A program made the position numbers and the translations under genes. Of a DNA stretch of 64,000 nucleotides, positions 24,990 through 37,700 are shown in pieces. The stretch's first letter is position 1, and the number at the start of each line of letters is the position of its first letter. The notes beneath the pieces are model-generated. The model did no database searches. It was given only the letters and a program-made list of their open reading frames with translations, and was not told the DNA's origin. The DNA is from Macrostomum lignano. Its lineage: Eukaryota. The DNA is taken from the NCBI GenBank assembly GCA_002269645.1, contig NIVC01003094.1, positions 55,794 to 119,793 on the forward strand, read 5' to 3'.

Positions 24990-26653
24990 CTAGTCAGCAT
25001 TGTCAGGTTGCTGGCTGAGGGTAGCGGTTGGCAGCAAGCCAGCTACAGGCTCCTGTGGCGGCGTCGGCGGCGGTCTCTGCAGCCGATAGTTGGCGTCAGA
25101 CTGAGGCGGCCGCTGCAGCGGGTGAGCCAGAAAGGTGGCAGCCTGATTAAAAAACGCCGTGGGATTATTCAACACCTCGTGTATGTAGGAGCGGCTGTGC
25201 TCGCTCTCCAGACAGCAGAGTCGCTTGAAAATCTCCTCGGCCCGATTGTCCTCAGCCGGCGGCTCGTGCACGTACAGAATGTCGAAGAACAGGTCGGGCT
25301 CCGCTAGCAGAGGCTCCAATAGTCGCTTGCTAATGTGAGGCGGCGACTTTGATCGGCAGCAGAGTAGCACAATTCGCAGCAAACTCGGCTGAGAACCAGA
25401 GGACGACGGCAACGAGTTGTCGACGAGCAGTCGGTTCGGGCACAGCTGGCCGCGGGCGTACTCGAGCAGGCAGTCAAGACTGAAGTCTGCCTCGTCTCCG
25501 GCCGGCTGTTGAAGCAGGTCGCGAAGCCCTTGCGAGGCTGCGGCTCTGGCGAAGGATGAGTTGCAGCGATTGTAAGGCGACTGTATTGGAAGATTACAAG
25601 TCAGTAAGGAAAGATTCTTAGCCAGTAATGTTGGAAGTTTCTTAGAAAGTAAGAGGGATTATTCTACATGTAAGGCAGTTGTGAGCAGTTTCTGAGGCAG
25701 CAATGGGGAAATTCCAAAGCAACAATGGGGAGAGTCTAAAGCGGCAATGGGGGAGAGTCTAAAGCGGCAATGGGGAGAGTCTAAAGCGGTAATGGGGAGA
25801 GTCTAAAGCGGCAATGGGGAGAGTCTAAAGCGGCAATGGGGAGAGTCTAAAGCTGCAATGGGGAGAGTCTAAAGCGACAATGGGGGAGAGTCTAAAGCGG
25901 CAATGGGAGAGTCTAAAGCGACAATGGGGGAGAGTCTAAAGCGGCAATGGGGAGAGTCTAAAGCGGCAATGGGGAGAGTCTAAAGCGGCAATGGGGAGAG
26001 TCTAAAGCGGCAATGGGGAGAGTCTAAAGCGGCAATGGGGAGAGTCTAAAGCGGCAATGGGGAGAGTCTAAAGCGGTAATGGGGAGAGTCTAAAGCGGCA
26101 ATGGGGAGAGTCTAAAGCGGCAATGGGGAGAGTCTAAAGCTGCAATGGGGAGAGTCTAAAGCGGCAATGGGGAGAGTCTAAAGCTGCAAGATCCTTTTTC
26201 GCACTTGGCCAGCTTGGCGGCATCATCAGTGAACGGCTCCAGCACGGAGATCCGATTGCCCCGCATGCCAACCAGTGACACCTGGTGCTTGCCGCCCAGC
26301 CGCAGTTTATTCTGCGCCAACAGGTGGAAACATTTCAAGGTCAAATCTAGCAGCGACACGGTCTCGCCGTTGCGCATCCGAAATGTTTTGACGGCGAATT
26401 CGGGCGAGGCGTCGACGCACAAGGCGAGGCGTTCGGGCCGGTTGGCTTTGCTGGCCAGTCGGAGCTGCCGATTTCTCGAATCGAATGTCGGCTTGGAGTC
26501 CAGCAGCGATTGATAGTCGACTGGCGTGTTCGACCTGGGTGGAGGATGCTGCTGTTGCTGTTGCGGCTTCTCGTTGCCTTGGTTACTACCAGTAGCTGGC
26601 GGAGCCGAAGGCTCAACCGGCTGCTGCTGCTGATCAGGTTTAGGCTCGGACAT
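24990..26653 (-). CDS. BABAM1: BRISC/BRCA1-A complex member 1 (MERIT40/NBA1), vWA-like; exons 26653-26205, 25580-24990
   Basis: RPERLALCVDASPEF..NKLRLGGKHQVSLV, FSLDCLL, LFFDILYVHE, FLAHPLQRPPQSDANYRL match the MERIT40 pattern (PEKVIICLD..FFFDVVYIH..LLAHPLQRP). Intron gtgcga..tacag, phase 2. Confidence 0.88.
25716..26185. repeat. 22-bp minisatellite (GCGGCAATGGGGAGAGTCTAAA) filling the BABAM1 intron
   Basis: Direct reading. Confidence 0.97.
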
Positions 26654-26809
26654 GCCGCTGCTGCTGCTGCGGCTTTCAAGGGCTGAATCAAATTTTGAGC
26701 ACTGTAGTTGAGTAGCTACCAGTTTCACTGCCAATAGTGGTTTCCTATTGAGCTAACTATTCACAGTTTAAGTATAAGTATATTTTAGTGGAGTTTCGGT
26801 TTAAAATAA

Positions 26810-27395
26810 GTCAATTAGGGCTGGAGTTAGGTAAAAAATAGACTGGATTAAGCAGATTTAGGATCAGATCAGATCAATTAGGGTTGGATTTAGGTCAAAG
26901 ATAGACAGGATTAAGCAGATTTAGGATAAGCTCAGATCAGATCAATTAGGGTTGGATTTAGGTCAAAGATAGACAGGATTAAGCAGATTTAGGATCAGAT
27001 CAGATCAGATAATTAGGATGGATTTAGGTCAAAGATAGACAGGATTAAGCAGATTTAGGATCAGCTCAGATCAGATCAATTAGGGTTGGATTTAGGTCAG
27101 AGATAGACAGGATTAAGTAGATTTAGGATTAGCTAGGATCAGATAATTAGGATGGATTTATGTTAAAGATAGACAGGATTAAGCAGATTTAGGATCAGCT
27201 CAGATCAGATCAATTAGGGTTGGATTTAGGTCAGAGATAGACAGGATTAAGTAGATTTAGGATTAGCTAGGATCAGATAATTAGGATGGATTTATGTTAA
27301 AGATAGACAGGATTAAGCAGATTTAGGATCAGCTCAGATCAGATCAATTAGGGTTGGATTTAGGTCAAAGATAGACAGGATTAAGCAGATTTAGC
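26810..27395. repeat. Composite ~60-65-bp tandem repeat (..gattaagcagatttaggatcagctcagatcagatcaattagggttggatttaggtcaaagatagaca..)
   Basis: Direct reading. Confidence 0.92.
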
Positions 27396-28204
27396 AGGCT
27401 TGCTATGACGTGATTCTTGGCCACACGAGGGTCAACCACCAAGGCACAGAGTGTGAACATACAAATGTACATTCCGTTAGAGCTACTTCAACTTAATTCA
27501 TCCCCACCTCAACGATAAGCCAATAAAATTCTCTTCTAAACAATATAAGATAGGTACAAGAGACGAAAAAGTTCAAACTAACATATTAGAATCCAAAAAA
27601 ATGAAATATCAAAGCCTTGGCAACGCAAGTTTTTCTAAGCAAAAAACAGGAACTGTTTGCGATCTGCGTGCAGTGTCTAGAAAAAGTTTACTTTGAGCAA
27701 AAAGTTATAATAATAATCCGTCTAAATTTCAAACACAAACAAACAAATAAAAGCAAAAACACACGCTAGTGATAATAAGTGTGACCAGGGAGTTGTCAGG
27801 TGTGCACAAAAATAACAAAATACAAGATAAGAGAAATGTTACGATAGCCAGTGCAAAAATGCTATTATTCATTTCAAGGTGTTAATCTGCTCTAAGCATT
27901 GCCTGTAATTTGAAATTTCAAAATAAATAAAATCAGAACAGATTAGACTAGTAAAACGAATGTATTGCAATAAAATAGCTAAACACAAGCATTCGACTCT
28001 GTGCAGTGAGAATCAACTGATACTAATGAGATTTTATTCGAATTTACATTACAGATTTTTAGTTAAAACCATTAGGATTCTCAATCAAAGGCTTGTTTCA
28101 ATTATCAAACCTAAGGGCTTAGGACTCGCGGTGCTGTGACTTGCTGTCCATAGCGGCTCTACAGTTTCACCCCTAGATTTTCATTTAGACAGGACTATCA
28201 CAAG

Positions 28205-28400
28205 CAGTCATATTTTATTTGATTACACCCTATTGCGCGGCGTATCTGAAGGCTGCGTACGGCTTTACAGCTGGGTGAACTGAAGCAATGCAGAGTTACC
28301 ATGGTAGGTGTCTTGCTCAAGGATACAAATTGTTCCAGTGGGATCGGGAATCGAACCCCCGACCTTTCAAGTCGTGAGTCCGACGCTCTGACCACTAGAC
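28205..28400 (-). mobile_element. SINE family A copy (tRNA head + CORE-like domain), internally deleted
   Basis: Minus strand tctagtggtcagagcgtc..gaaaggtcgggggttcgattcc..ggaacaatttgtatccttgagcaagacac..ctgcattgcttcag..cacccagctgtaaa..acgcagccttcagat..ggtgtaatc; matches 38555-38846. Confidence 0.85.
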
Positions 28401-28748
28401 TTCAATCCTAGCTATGAAATTGGGTTTCATAGTCGCTATGGACCAAATTAAATGCAGCTGTGCCAGCCTTGCTACCATAGACAAAAGCTCCGTTACTTGG
28501 CAAACGAATCTTGAATTAAATTCAACGCGTGTAGGTCTAAATGGGCTGCAAAAAGCTATATTAAACACACTTAGTTATAGTTGTATCTAAAATTTCAGCT
28601 GGCTTGAGCATTCCTGTAAAAATGGTAGCCAAAGTCTGGAAAAATCTCTTGTAATATCTTCAATTATATAATTACTACTCCGATGTAGCTAAAAACTTAA
28701 TATTTAGCCTGACAGATCTTTTGAGAACTTCCAAAAACAATGAGTTCG

Positions 28749-29781
28749 TCACTTTCGCCGCTTGACCAGCTTCAGCAGGCTGACCAGCTCCCTGCGGTCT
28801 CGCTCAACCATCTGCTGAGTTTCCGGCCAATCCCTGAGCAGCTGCTCCCTGAGCTGGCCAGCCTGAGCAGATTGGCCAAATCTGTGCAGCTGGCGTAGAA
28901 AATTCGGATTCGGATCGGCCAATATTCGGCGAGTTTTAACTGCCGCGATGACGTCATCGACTGACAGGCCGGTCAGGGCGATCAGGTAGGCGCAGACAAT
29001 GGTCACCGATCGGGAGATGCCCATCAGACAGTGTACCAGTACCTGGCAGGTGATCCATGCAAATTAATTAAGCCTATTTAAAAGCCTAAGGTTACCGCGA
29101 GTTCGAATCTCAAATTCAGGCAAAAAATGATATCCGTTTCCCACAATTATTGCCTATAGAGAGCTATACAGATAGCCATAAGAATAATTAAGCTAAACTT
29201 TAAATCTTCTAGTATGCCCCAACGCATGTACCAAACAGGTTAATGCTGATTCAATCACACAGGGTGTACAGCGCCCCCAGGCTTTCTAATCGTCAAACAT
29301 GTACACTCGCTGCGCCCTGGGGGTTGGCCCCTACGGGCGTGAATCGTACGGCAACCGCCCCCCCCCCCCTAGCCAATTTCAGGTCACAAGCCCCAAATAA
29401 GTGGCTGAACACGGAATCGAACCAGGGGTCGTGGCGCGAGTCAGACGCTGTATATGACTCGGATTGATTTTCAAATATTCTAAATAAGCGGGCACAACAC
29501 ACCTGACCATTGGCAGCCCGGGCCTCGTGTATAAACTGGGCCGCCTTGGTGAAGTGCTGCGTTAAATCCTGCCTAAGACTGTCCTCGGCGTCCAATCGCA
29601 GGGTCCGGATTGGAAACTCGAAGGGTCGGGAATAGGAGGCGTAGTTGAATTCCGGTTCGACCACGCCTAACAGGTGCGAGATGCGGGCCGATGTCAGTAG
29701 GCTGTGATTGGCCACCGCCTCTACGCCGCTTAGCCAGAGGCCTTCCACAATGTGACTGAGCCTGTCACTGGATAGCGCCAT
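28749..29781 (-). CDS. Small atypical dual-specificity phosphatase (DUSP15/22-like), 190 aa; exons 29781-29503, 29042-28749
   Basis: IVEGLWLSG, DSLRQDLTQHFTKAAQFIH, catalytic VLVHCLMGISRS (HCxxGxSRS), ADPNPNFLRQL; phase-0 GT-AG intron. Confidence 0.92.
29258..29462 (-). mobile_element. SINE family B copy in the DUSP intron
   Basis: Plus-strand cacggaatcgaaccaggggtcgtggcgcgagtcagacg and gccctgggggttggcccct shared with the other copies. Confidence 0.7.
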
Positions 29782-29799
29782 GCAGCCGCTGCGGGAATC

Positions 29800-30575
29800 A
29801 GGGGCGATTCTTGACTGGGTTGGTGCTAGGGGCGATTCTTGGCTGGGCTGGTGTCGGGCGATTCTTGACTGGGTTGGTGTTAGGGGCGATTCTTGACTGG
29901 GCTAATGGTGTCAGGGGCGATTCTTGACTGGGCTGGTGTCAGGGGCGATTCTTGGCTGGGTTGGTGTCAGGGGCGATTCTTGTCTGGGCTGGTGTCAGGG
30001 GCGATTCTTGTCTGGGCTGGTGTCAGGGGCGATTCTTGGCTGGGCTAGTGTTAGGGGCGATTCTTGTCTGGGCTGGTGTCAGGGGCGATTCTTGGCAGGG
30101 CTGGTGTTAGGAGCGATTCTTGACTGGGCTAATGGTGTCAGGGGCGATTCTTGACTGGGCTAATGGTGTCAGGGGCGATTCTTTGCTGGGTTGGTGTCAG
30201 GGGCGATTTTTGGTTGGGCGATTCGTCTGGGCTGGTGTCAGGGGCGATTCTTGGCTGGGCTAGTGTTAGGGGCGATTCTTGGCTGGGCTGGTGTTAGGAG
30301 CGATTCTTGACTGGGCTAATGGTGTCAGGGGCGATTCTTGACTGGGCTAATGGTGTCAGGGGCGATTTTTGGCTGGGCTGGTGTTAGGAGCGATTCTTGA
30401 CTGGGCTAATGGTGTCAGGGGCGATTCTTGACTGGGCTGGTGTCAGGGGCGATTCTTTGCTGGGTTGGTGTCAGGGGCGATTTTTGGTTGGGCTGGTGTC
30501 AGGGGCGATTTTTGGTTGGGCTGGTGTCAGGGGCGATTCATGGCTGGGTTAGTGTCAGAGGCGATTCTTGGTTGG
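29800..30575. repeat. 28-30-bp minisatellite (GGGGCGATTCTTGACTGGGCTGGTGTCA)
   Basis: Direct reading. Confidence 0.97.
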
Positions 30576-30920
30576 TCTGCTATCTAAAAACTTTACAGCT
30601 GAAAAAAGTGTTTATTATAGAAAAAAATTATGCTGCAATAAGTGAAATTAAAATGCAAACACAAACGAGCCGTTTTTGTCATTCCTTTATTTCTAGTCCA
30701 AAGTTTAGAACATAACAACGATTTCAAGTACGAATACAGAGTAAATGTAGGAAATGCACAGCGTAGTTTGCTTCCAACAACAAGGGGGTGAAAAGATTCA
30801 TGGGAATTACAGGGAGAACCAGAGGGGAATCCGGTGGGGATATCATAGGAGAATCAGACAGGAAGTGGGAAGTCTCCATGGAATTAAAGAAATCAGAATC
30901 ATGGCAACTCAGCGAGATGA

Positions 30921-32196
30921 TCAGGCGGCGGACTGGAAGCAGCAGGCGGCAAGCAGGTGAGCCTTGACGTCCTGGCCAAGCTGGTTGGCAACGCAGGCGC
31001 AGGCGCGCGAGGCGCAGGCCAGCAGGGGGTCCAGCTGTTGGGAGTGCAGCCTGGCGCCAACGGACGCGTGCAGAACCCGCTGGCCAACGCAGGCGACGGT
31101 GAGGCTGGGCAGCCCGGCGCTCTGCTCGTAGGAGTTCAAATCAACCAGGGGCGCTTGGTCGCAGTAGCCAACGGTGACAGCGGCAAGGTGGCCTCGCATG
31201 GCTACGCCGGCGTCCATCAGCGCGAGGCTGACGGCGTTAATAGCGGCCGACAGCTCGGAGCCGTCAGATTGAAGCACCTGATTGATTATGAAGGAAGCGT
31301 TGCAGGTGAAATTTTCTTTTTTTCTATAATGTGCATGCAATTTATATCCGCGGTGATTTCCAATACAGAGATTAACTTTCTAATGTAATTAAAACAGAGG
31401 ATAAAAATCCCATAGAGCTTCAAACGTATAAACACGAATACTCGCAGGAGGGCAGTGACCACCCTGGTGCAGCGCCTTCACGCTCACACAGGATGTACAG
31501 CGGCCCTGAACTTCTAATCTAGTCAGGCATGCACACTCTGTGCCTTGGGGTGCTGGCCCTCAAGGTTAGTGAATCGCACGACAGCCTTCCCAGTGCCAGT
31601 TTGTGGTGCGCACGCTCCAAATTGAATGCGGCCGGCCGCGCACGGAATCGAACCTGGGGTCGTGGCGCAATAGTCAGATGGATTTCTAAGAAAGCAAGGT
31701 TAACTAAATCCTACACATTGCCGTGTGGGAAACTTTCAATGTTTTTTTCTGTAGAACAGGTAACCGAAATCCGGGAGATAAGTTCTAGTTAATCCAGAAC
31801 CTTCCATCTCCAAAGCCAAAAACATGCCTGAACTCGAATCTCAATCTGAGACCGTCTGTACAGCTGCTTGAGCACAACGCCGCCCAGGGCCTCCTCGATG
31901 AGCAGGGCGGTCTCGTCCTGCTTGCGGTCGCCGCGGCCCCGGCGCCGACGCTCCGTCATGCTGGCAAACGGCGGCTTGTTGTACAACACGCGCAGCACGC
32001 AGTCCTCCTCGGGTGACAGGTCGGCAGCTCTGGCCTGAGCGGGGCCGTGCACAGTGGCTAACAGGCGCGAGTTGCCGTGCTCAAGCAGAGCCGAGCCGTC
32101 AGCCTGCGGCTGCGTGCCTAATTGGGCCCTCAACAGGCGGTGCTCGTTTGGCCGGCGACCGTCAACTCGACGACCGTTGAGTAGGATGTCCGTCAT
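30921..32196 (-). CDS. EXOSC4: Exosome complex component RRP41, 241 aa; exons 32196-31828, 31277-30921 (GC-AG intron)
   Basis: RVDGRRPNEHR, ADGSALLEHGNSRLLATVHGP, PPFASMTERRRR, SQIEIRVQ|VLQSDG, AAINAVSLALMDAGVAMR, PLVDLNSYEQ: RNase PH family, Rrp41 type. Confidence 0.95.
31455..31680 (-). mobile_element. SINE family B copy in the EXOSC4 intron
   Basis: cacggaatcgaacctggggtcgtggcgcaatagtcaga and cacactctgtgccttggggtgctggccctc shared with the other copies. Confidence 0.7.
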
Positions 32197-32404
32197 TAGG
32201 GAATCCGGGTTCTACTCTGGGCGAATACTGCCGAACTGTAAGCAAAAATAGGTGATCAATTGAGACTCGAACTCGCGTTTCGCGATAGGTGACTCATGCG
32301 ACTTGTCACTTGGGAATTGGGGAGGGTTTTCATGGGAAGTTAGTTTTTTAGGGGGGGATTAGAGGAGATTCTGAAGGGGATCAAATTAGAGGAGATTTAT
32401 AAGG

Positions 32405-33215
32405 GGAATTCGAGTAGATTCTTAAGTGGAATTTGAGTAGATTCTTAAGTGGAATTAGAGGAGATTCTTAAGTGGAATTAGAGGAGATTCTTAAGTGGAA
32501 TTTGAGTAGATTCTTAAGTGGAATTAGAGTAGATTCTTAAGTGGAATTTGAGTAGATTCTTAAGTGGAATTTGAGTAGATTCTTAAGTGGAATTCGAGGA
32601 GATTCTTAAGTGGAATTAGAGGAGATTCTTAAGTGGAATTAGAGGAGATTCTTAAGTGGAATTAGAGGAGATTCTTAAGTGGAATTAGAGTGGATTCTTA
32701 AGTGGAATTAGAGGAGATTCTTAAGTGGAATTAGAGTGGATTCTTAAGTGGAATTAGAGGAGATTCTTAAGTGGAATTAGAGTGGATTCTTAAGTGGAAT
32801 TAGAGGAGATTCTTAAGTGGAATTAGAGTGGATTCTTAAGTGGAATTAGAGGAGATTCTTAAGTGGAATTAGAGTGGATTCTTAAGTGGAATTAGAGGAG
32901 ATTCTTAAGTGGAATTAGAGTGGATTCTTAAGTGGAATTAGAGTAGATTCTTAAGTGGAATTAGAGTAGATTCTTAAGTGGAATTAGAGTAGATTCTTAA
33001 GTGGAATTAGAGTAGATTCTTAAGTGGAATTAGAGGAGATTCTTAAGTGGAATTAGAGGAGATTCTTAAGTGGAATTAGAGTGGATTCTTAAGTGGAATT
33101 AGAGTAGATTCTTAAGTGGAATTAGAGTAGATTCTTAAGTGGAATTAGAGTAGATTCTTAAGTGGAATTAGAGTAGATTCTTAAGTGGAATTAGAGGAGA
33201 TTCTTAAGTGGAATT
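32405..33215. repeat. 23-bp minisatellite (GATTCTTAAGTGGAATTAGAGGA)
   Basis: Direct reading. Confidence 0.97.
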
Positions 33216-34029
33216 TGGGCAGATTTTTGATGGAATCAGAGGAGATTCTAAAAGTTTCTAAAAGATTCTAAAAGATTCTAATATTTAAAGGATATTCTTA
33301 AGTGGAATTTAAAGAGATACATAAATGGAATTGGAGAAGATTCTAAAAGGACATTTATTTAAGATTCATATAAGAAGTTCGAGATTCATAATCGTAATTG
33401 TAAGGAAATTAAGGAGATCAAGAGATGTTATACTATAGGCTAGCTAGAGTTTCATTTGCCACAGTCACACTTTATTAACTACTCAATACCGACTCTGAAA
33501 CTCTGCTTAAAAAGCAGGTAACGTTCTCATGTTTGGTTTGGCTTCAGAATTCTATTATAGAGAATTTTCCGTGGGCTGATCATAAACAGTTTTACTAATC
33601 TATCGTCAGGGAGCAGTCTTGATTGCACAGACAATTGATTTTTCAAATCCTCAGTCTCAACAGGTTGGACCTTTGAGATCTTGTTAAACCCGATAAAAGC
33701 ACATGTACAGACAATTATACTCTTATATAGGTGTTCCTTTTTATAGCCCAATTAGTTTAGATAAAACAAAACATAACAATCAAAGTCAAAGACGACATTA
33801 CAGAAAAAACCATGACGTATTTATTGATCTAGAGAAATGAGAGCATGGCATAAACCAGTTTTAAAAGCAAACAGCAAGGAAGACTAATTCATTATCAAGC
33901 TTATGCAGGCCTTCAATTTTGGCGTGAATGTAGATTACATAAGAGGAAATCTACAACAGAAGTTACGCGAAATGCATTGCTTCTGCAAATACGCATCCGA
34001 TTGCAATTTAAGCCGGTTTTAGACCGGTT

Positions 34030-34770
34030 AAGGGCGATTCTCAGGTGGGCTAGTGGCGTCAGGTGCGATTCTCGGGTGGGCTAGTGGCGTCAAGAGCGAT
34101 TCTCAGGTGGGCTAGTGGCGTCAAGAGCGATTCTCGGGTGGGCTAGTGGCGTCAAGAGCGATTCTCAGGTGGGCTAGTGGCGTCAAGAGCGATTCTCAGG
34201 TGGGCTAGTGGCGTCAAGAGCGATTCTCAGGTGGGCTAGTGGCGTCAAGAGCGATTCTCAGGTGGGCTAGTGGCGTCAAGAGCGATTCTCAGGTGGGCTA
34301 GTGGCGTCAAGAGCGATTCTCAGGTGGGCTAGTGGCGTCAAGAGCGATTCTCGGGTGGGCTAGTGGCGTCAAGAGCGATTCTCAGGTGGGCTAGTGGCGT
34401 CAAGAGCGATTCTCAGGTGGGCTAGTGGCGTCAAGAGCGATTCTCGGGTGGGCTAGTGGCGTCAAGAGCGATTCTCAGGTGGGCTAGTGGCGTCAAGAGC
34501 GATTCTTAGGTGGGCTAGTGGCGTCAAGAGCGATTCTCAGGTGGGCTAGTGGCGTCAAGAGCGATTCTCGGGTGGGCTAGTGGTGTCCGGGGCGATTCTT
34601 GACTGGGCTAGTGGTGTCCGGGGCGATTCTTGACTGGGCTAGTGGTGTCCGGGGCGATTCTTGACTGGGCTAGTGGCGTCAAGAGCGATTCTCAGGTGGG
34701 CTAGTGGCGTCAGGGGCGATTCTTGACTGGGCTAGTGGTGTCAGGGGCGATTCTTGGCTGGGCTAGTGGT
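34030..34770. repeat. 31-bp minisatellite (GATTCTCAGGTGGGCTAGTGGCGTCAAGAGC), related to the 29.8-30.6 kb array
   Basis: Direct reading; the last units convert to the GGGGCGATTCTTGACTGGGCT form. Confidence 0.97.
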
Positions 34771-34797
34771 CTCAGGATCAAAGAATAACGATTGATA

Positions 34798-37700
34798 TCA
34801 TGAATCGGAGACTTCCTTATCTCTGCAAATCCGCAGCAGCCGCACAGACGCATCGGCCGAACAGCTGGCCAGACAGTCAGGCTGTCCGGGTCGAAACGCC
34901 AGCTGGCGCACGGTGGCCGCGTGCACCGACGCCACAATGGCGATCGGCGCCAGGCGCCAACCACCAGCCGACGCCGAATCGGCGCCAGGCGCCAGCACAC
35001 TAATCAACGCTACGGCGCCAGATTCCAAACCGGCGGCGCAGCAAAATTCTGTTGCTGTTGCTGTAGGTCGAAAGCTCAGCGCCGTCACCGCGGCATCCAG
35101 CTCCAGCGAGGCCACTGGCTCCGGCTGCTCCACCTTCGTCTCAGTCGGCGCTGCCAACGCCGCCAACCAGACGGAGATTCGACGATCTCGCGAACCGGTG
35201 GCAAAGAATTTCTCTGCCTCATCATCTGCGGAGGTCGGCGGCCAGGCGCAGGACCATACGATGCGGGCGTGAGCGGCCCGCCTGGCGCTGAGCAGTTGGA
35301 TCTGACTGTCGGAGTCCTCGTCGTCCGGCAGTCGCCAGAGGCTCCAGCCGCGGTCGCGCGACACGGCTAGCAAACGTCTGCCAGACGAGTCGAATGCTAA
35401 TTGCGCCACAGTGAGGCCGTGATGCTCCAGCGTTTGGCGCCAGCTTGGACTCCAGTCTGGCGCCAAGCGCCAAACCAAAATGCCGGCCTGGTCGGGTTGG
35501 GTGGCCCGGCAAGCGGCCGCTAGGAGGCGTCGGCCCGGACAGGCGGCCAGCGATTGAACCTCGCCGCCGTGGCCGAACAGCTTGCGGACCTCCGGCCACA
35601 GGCCGCCATCGGCCAGAGCGTCTTCGCTTGGAGGCTCCTCCGGGTCGGCGGCGCCGCTTCCTCGCTGCCCCGACGTTGTCGACTGCATTGGCTGGTTTGA
35701 CAGGCCGAGCGACGGTACTTGGGCGTACTCGGGCTCGGCTGAATCCGCGGAGTCGGTTGGGTTCGGCGGCTCGCTGCGCTTCAGCTCGGGACAGCTAGGG
35801 TCGGCATTCGAGACCTGCCGTGCGTATTACTTATGGTCAAGTACTTTTCGAGTATTTTTTAGCTGAGAACTACCCGAGTAATACCCCAGGTTTAGCACTT
35901 CTGAGTATTCTGGCTTTGACTGAGCACTTTTCGAGCATTCTGGCTTTGACTGAGCACTTCTGAGTATTCTGGCTTTGACTGAGCACTTTTCGAGCATTCT
36001 GGCTTTGACTGAGCACTTCTGAGTATTCTGGCTTTGACTGAGCACTTCTCGAGTATTCTGGCTTTGACTGAGCACTTCTCGAGTATTCTGGCTTTGACTG
36101 AGCACTTCTGAGTATTCTGGCTTTGACTGAGCACTTCTCGAGTATTCTGGCTTTGACTGAGCACTTTTCGAGCATTCTGGCTTTGACTGAGCACTTCTCG
36201 AGCATTCTGGCTTTGACTGAGCACTTCTCGAGCATTCTGGCTTTGACTGAGCACTTTTCGAGCATTCTGGCTTTAACTGAGCACTTTTCGAGCATTCTGG
36301 CTTTGACTGAGCACTTCTCGAGCATTCTGGCTTTGACTGAGCACTTCTCGAGCATTCTGGCTTTGACTGAGCACTTTCTATATGTAAGTCAAAGCCCAAT
36401 TTAGATTTGGTTTGGCCTAAATATTTTCGATTAGGCGCACCTGACAATTGACTATCTAAACCTACCTGAGCCAGGACAGTCCGAAATCCATTGGGAGCGC
36501 GGAACAAGCGCACGGGTTTCTCCTCAGCCGCGCTGGCATAGACCCGGCAGCCGCTGTCGTCTAGAAAGGCCAGCGCGGTCATATCGTAACCGTGCACCTG
36601 CGGCCTGGCCAGCTGGCCCCATCGGCCGCCAAGCCTACGGCACGGCCCGTGCGCCCGGCAGGTTTGATCAGACGATGCGCTCAACAAATAAGCGCCGCCT
36701 GGCGACCAGGCTATCGACTCAACTGGCGCCGAATGCCCGCCGAAGCAGCCCAGTGGGCGCCAGCGAGTTGCCTCGCCAGTTTCGCCGCCTTCAACCCGAG
36801 TCCACAGGCTGAGCGCGCCGTTGAATCCGCAGGCTAACAATGATTGACCGCCAGCCGACAGCAAATCAGGCGGACTGGGCAGGCCAAGCAGGAAGCCAAG
36901 TTGATTGCCGCCGAGTGAGCCGACGCGGTCGCGCTCCAGCCAGAGTCCGCCAGCGTCTGCCTGCGGCTGCCAGACCACCAGGCTGCGGTCCATGCTGCTC
37001 GTTAGCAGCCGCAACTGGGGCTGACGATCGGCGCCATCATCATCATTGACAGAGAAGAATCTGACGGAGGTGACGGCCGAATCGTGGCCCTGCGCGAGTA
37101 GGCGTCAGTGAGACTTTAACTGAATGATCAGCTCAGTAGAGCTAAGCCCACTGATTAGCCCAGTAGAGCTAAGCCCGCTGATTAGCCCAGTAGAGCTAAG
37201 CCCGCTGATTAGCCCCCCCCAGTAGAGCTAAGCCCGCTGATTAGCCCAGTAGAGCTAAGCCCGCTGATTAGCCCAGTAGAGTTAAGCCCGCTGATTAGCC
37301 CCCCCCCAGTAGAGCTAAGCCCGCTGATTAGCCCAGTAGAGCTAAGCCCGCTGATTAGCCCAGCGGAAAGCACAATAAAAGCAGCAAGCCGCACACCTGC
37401 AGCACGGATTCCAGTCGAATTGCAATCCGCCCGAAGCCCACGCCAGCCTCAGAAGCCACCTGACGGTCAACATCGAGCAGACGAGCCGGCCGCTTGCCAT
37501 CGCTATAATTGTCGCCTTTGCCAGTCACCGCAGCGTTGTCATAATCTGGCAGACGCTCCAGCCGCCACAGCCTGACCGTGGAGTCCTGACTAGCCGTGGC
37601 AATCAGAGCACACCCCTCCTGGTCGGGCAATTCCACCCAGTCGATGTCGCGCACCCAGTCCTGGTGGCCGCCGCTGACGCGAATTACTCGCCGAATCGCC

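Noticed and set aside
24420-25307. 295-aa poly-(QSVS) ORF
   Set aside because: A (TCAG)n microsatellite plus the antisense strand of BABAM1.
28320-28400. tRNA gene
   Set aside because: A/B boxes are present, but it continues into a shared SINE body found again at 38555; no complete cloverleaf.
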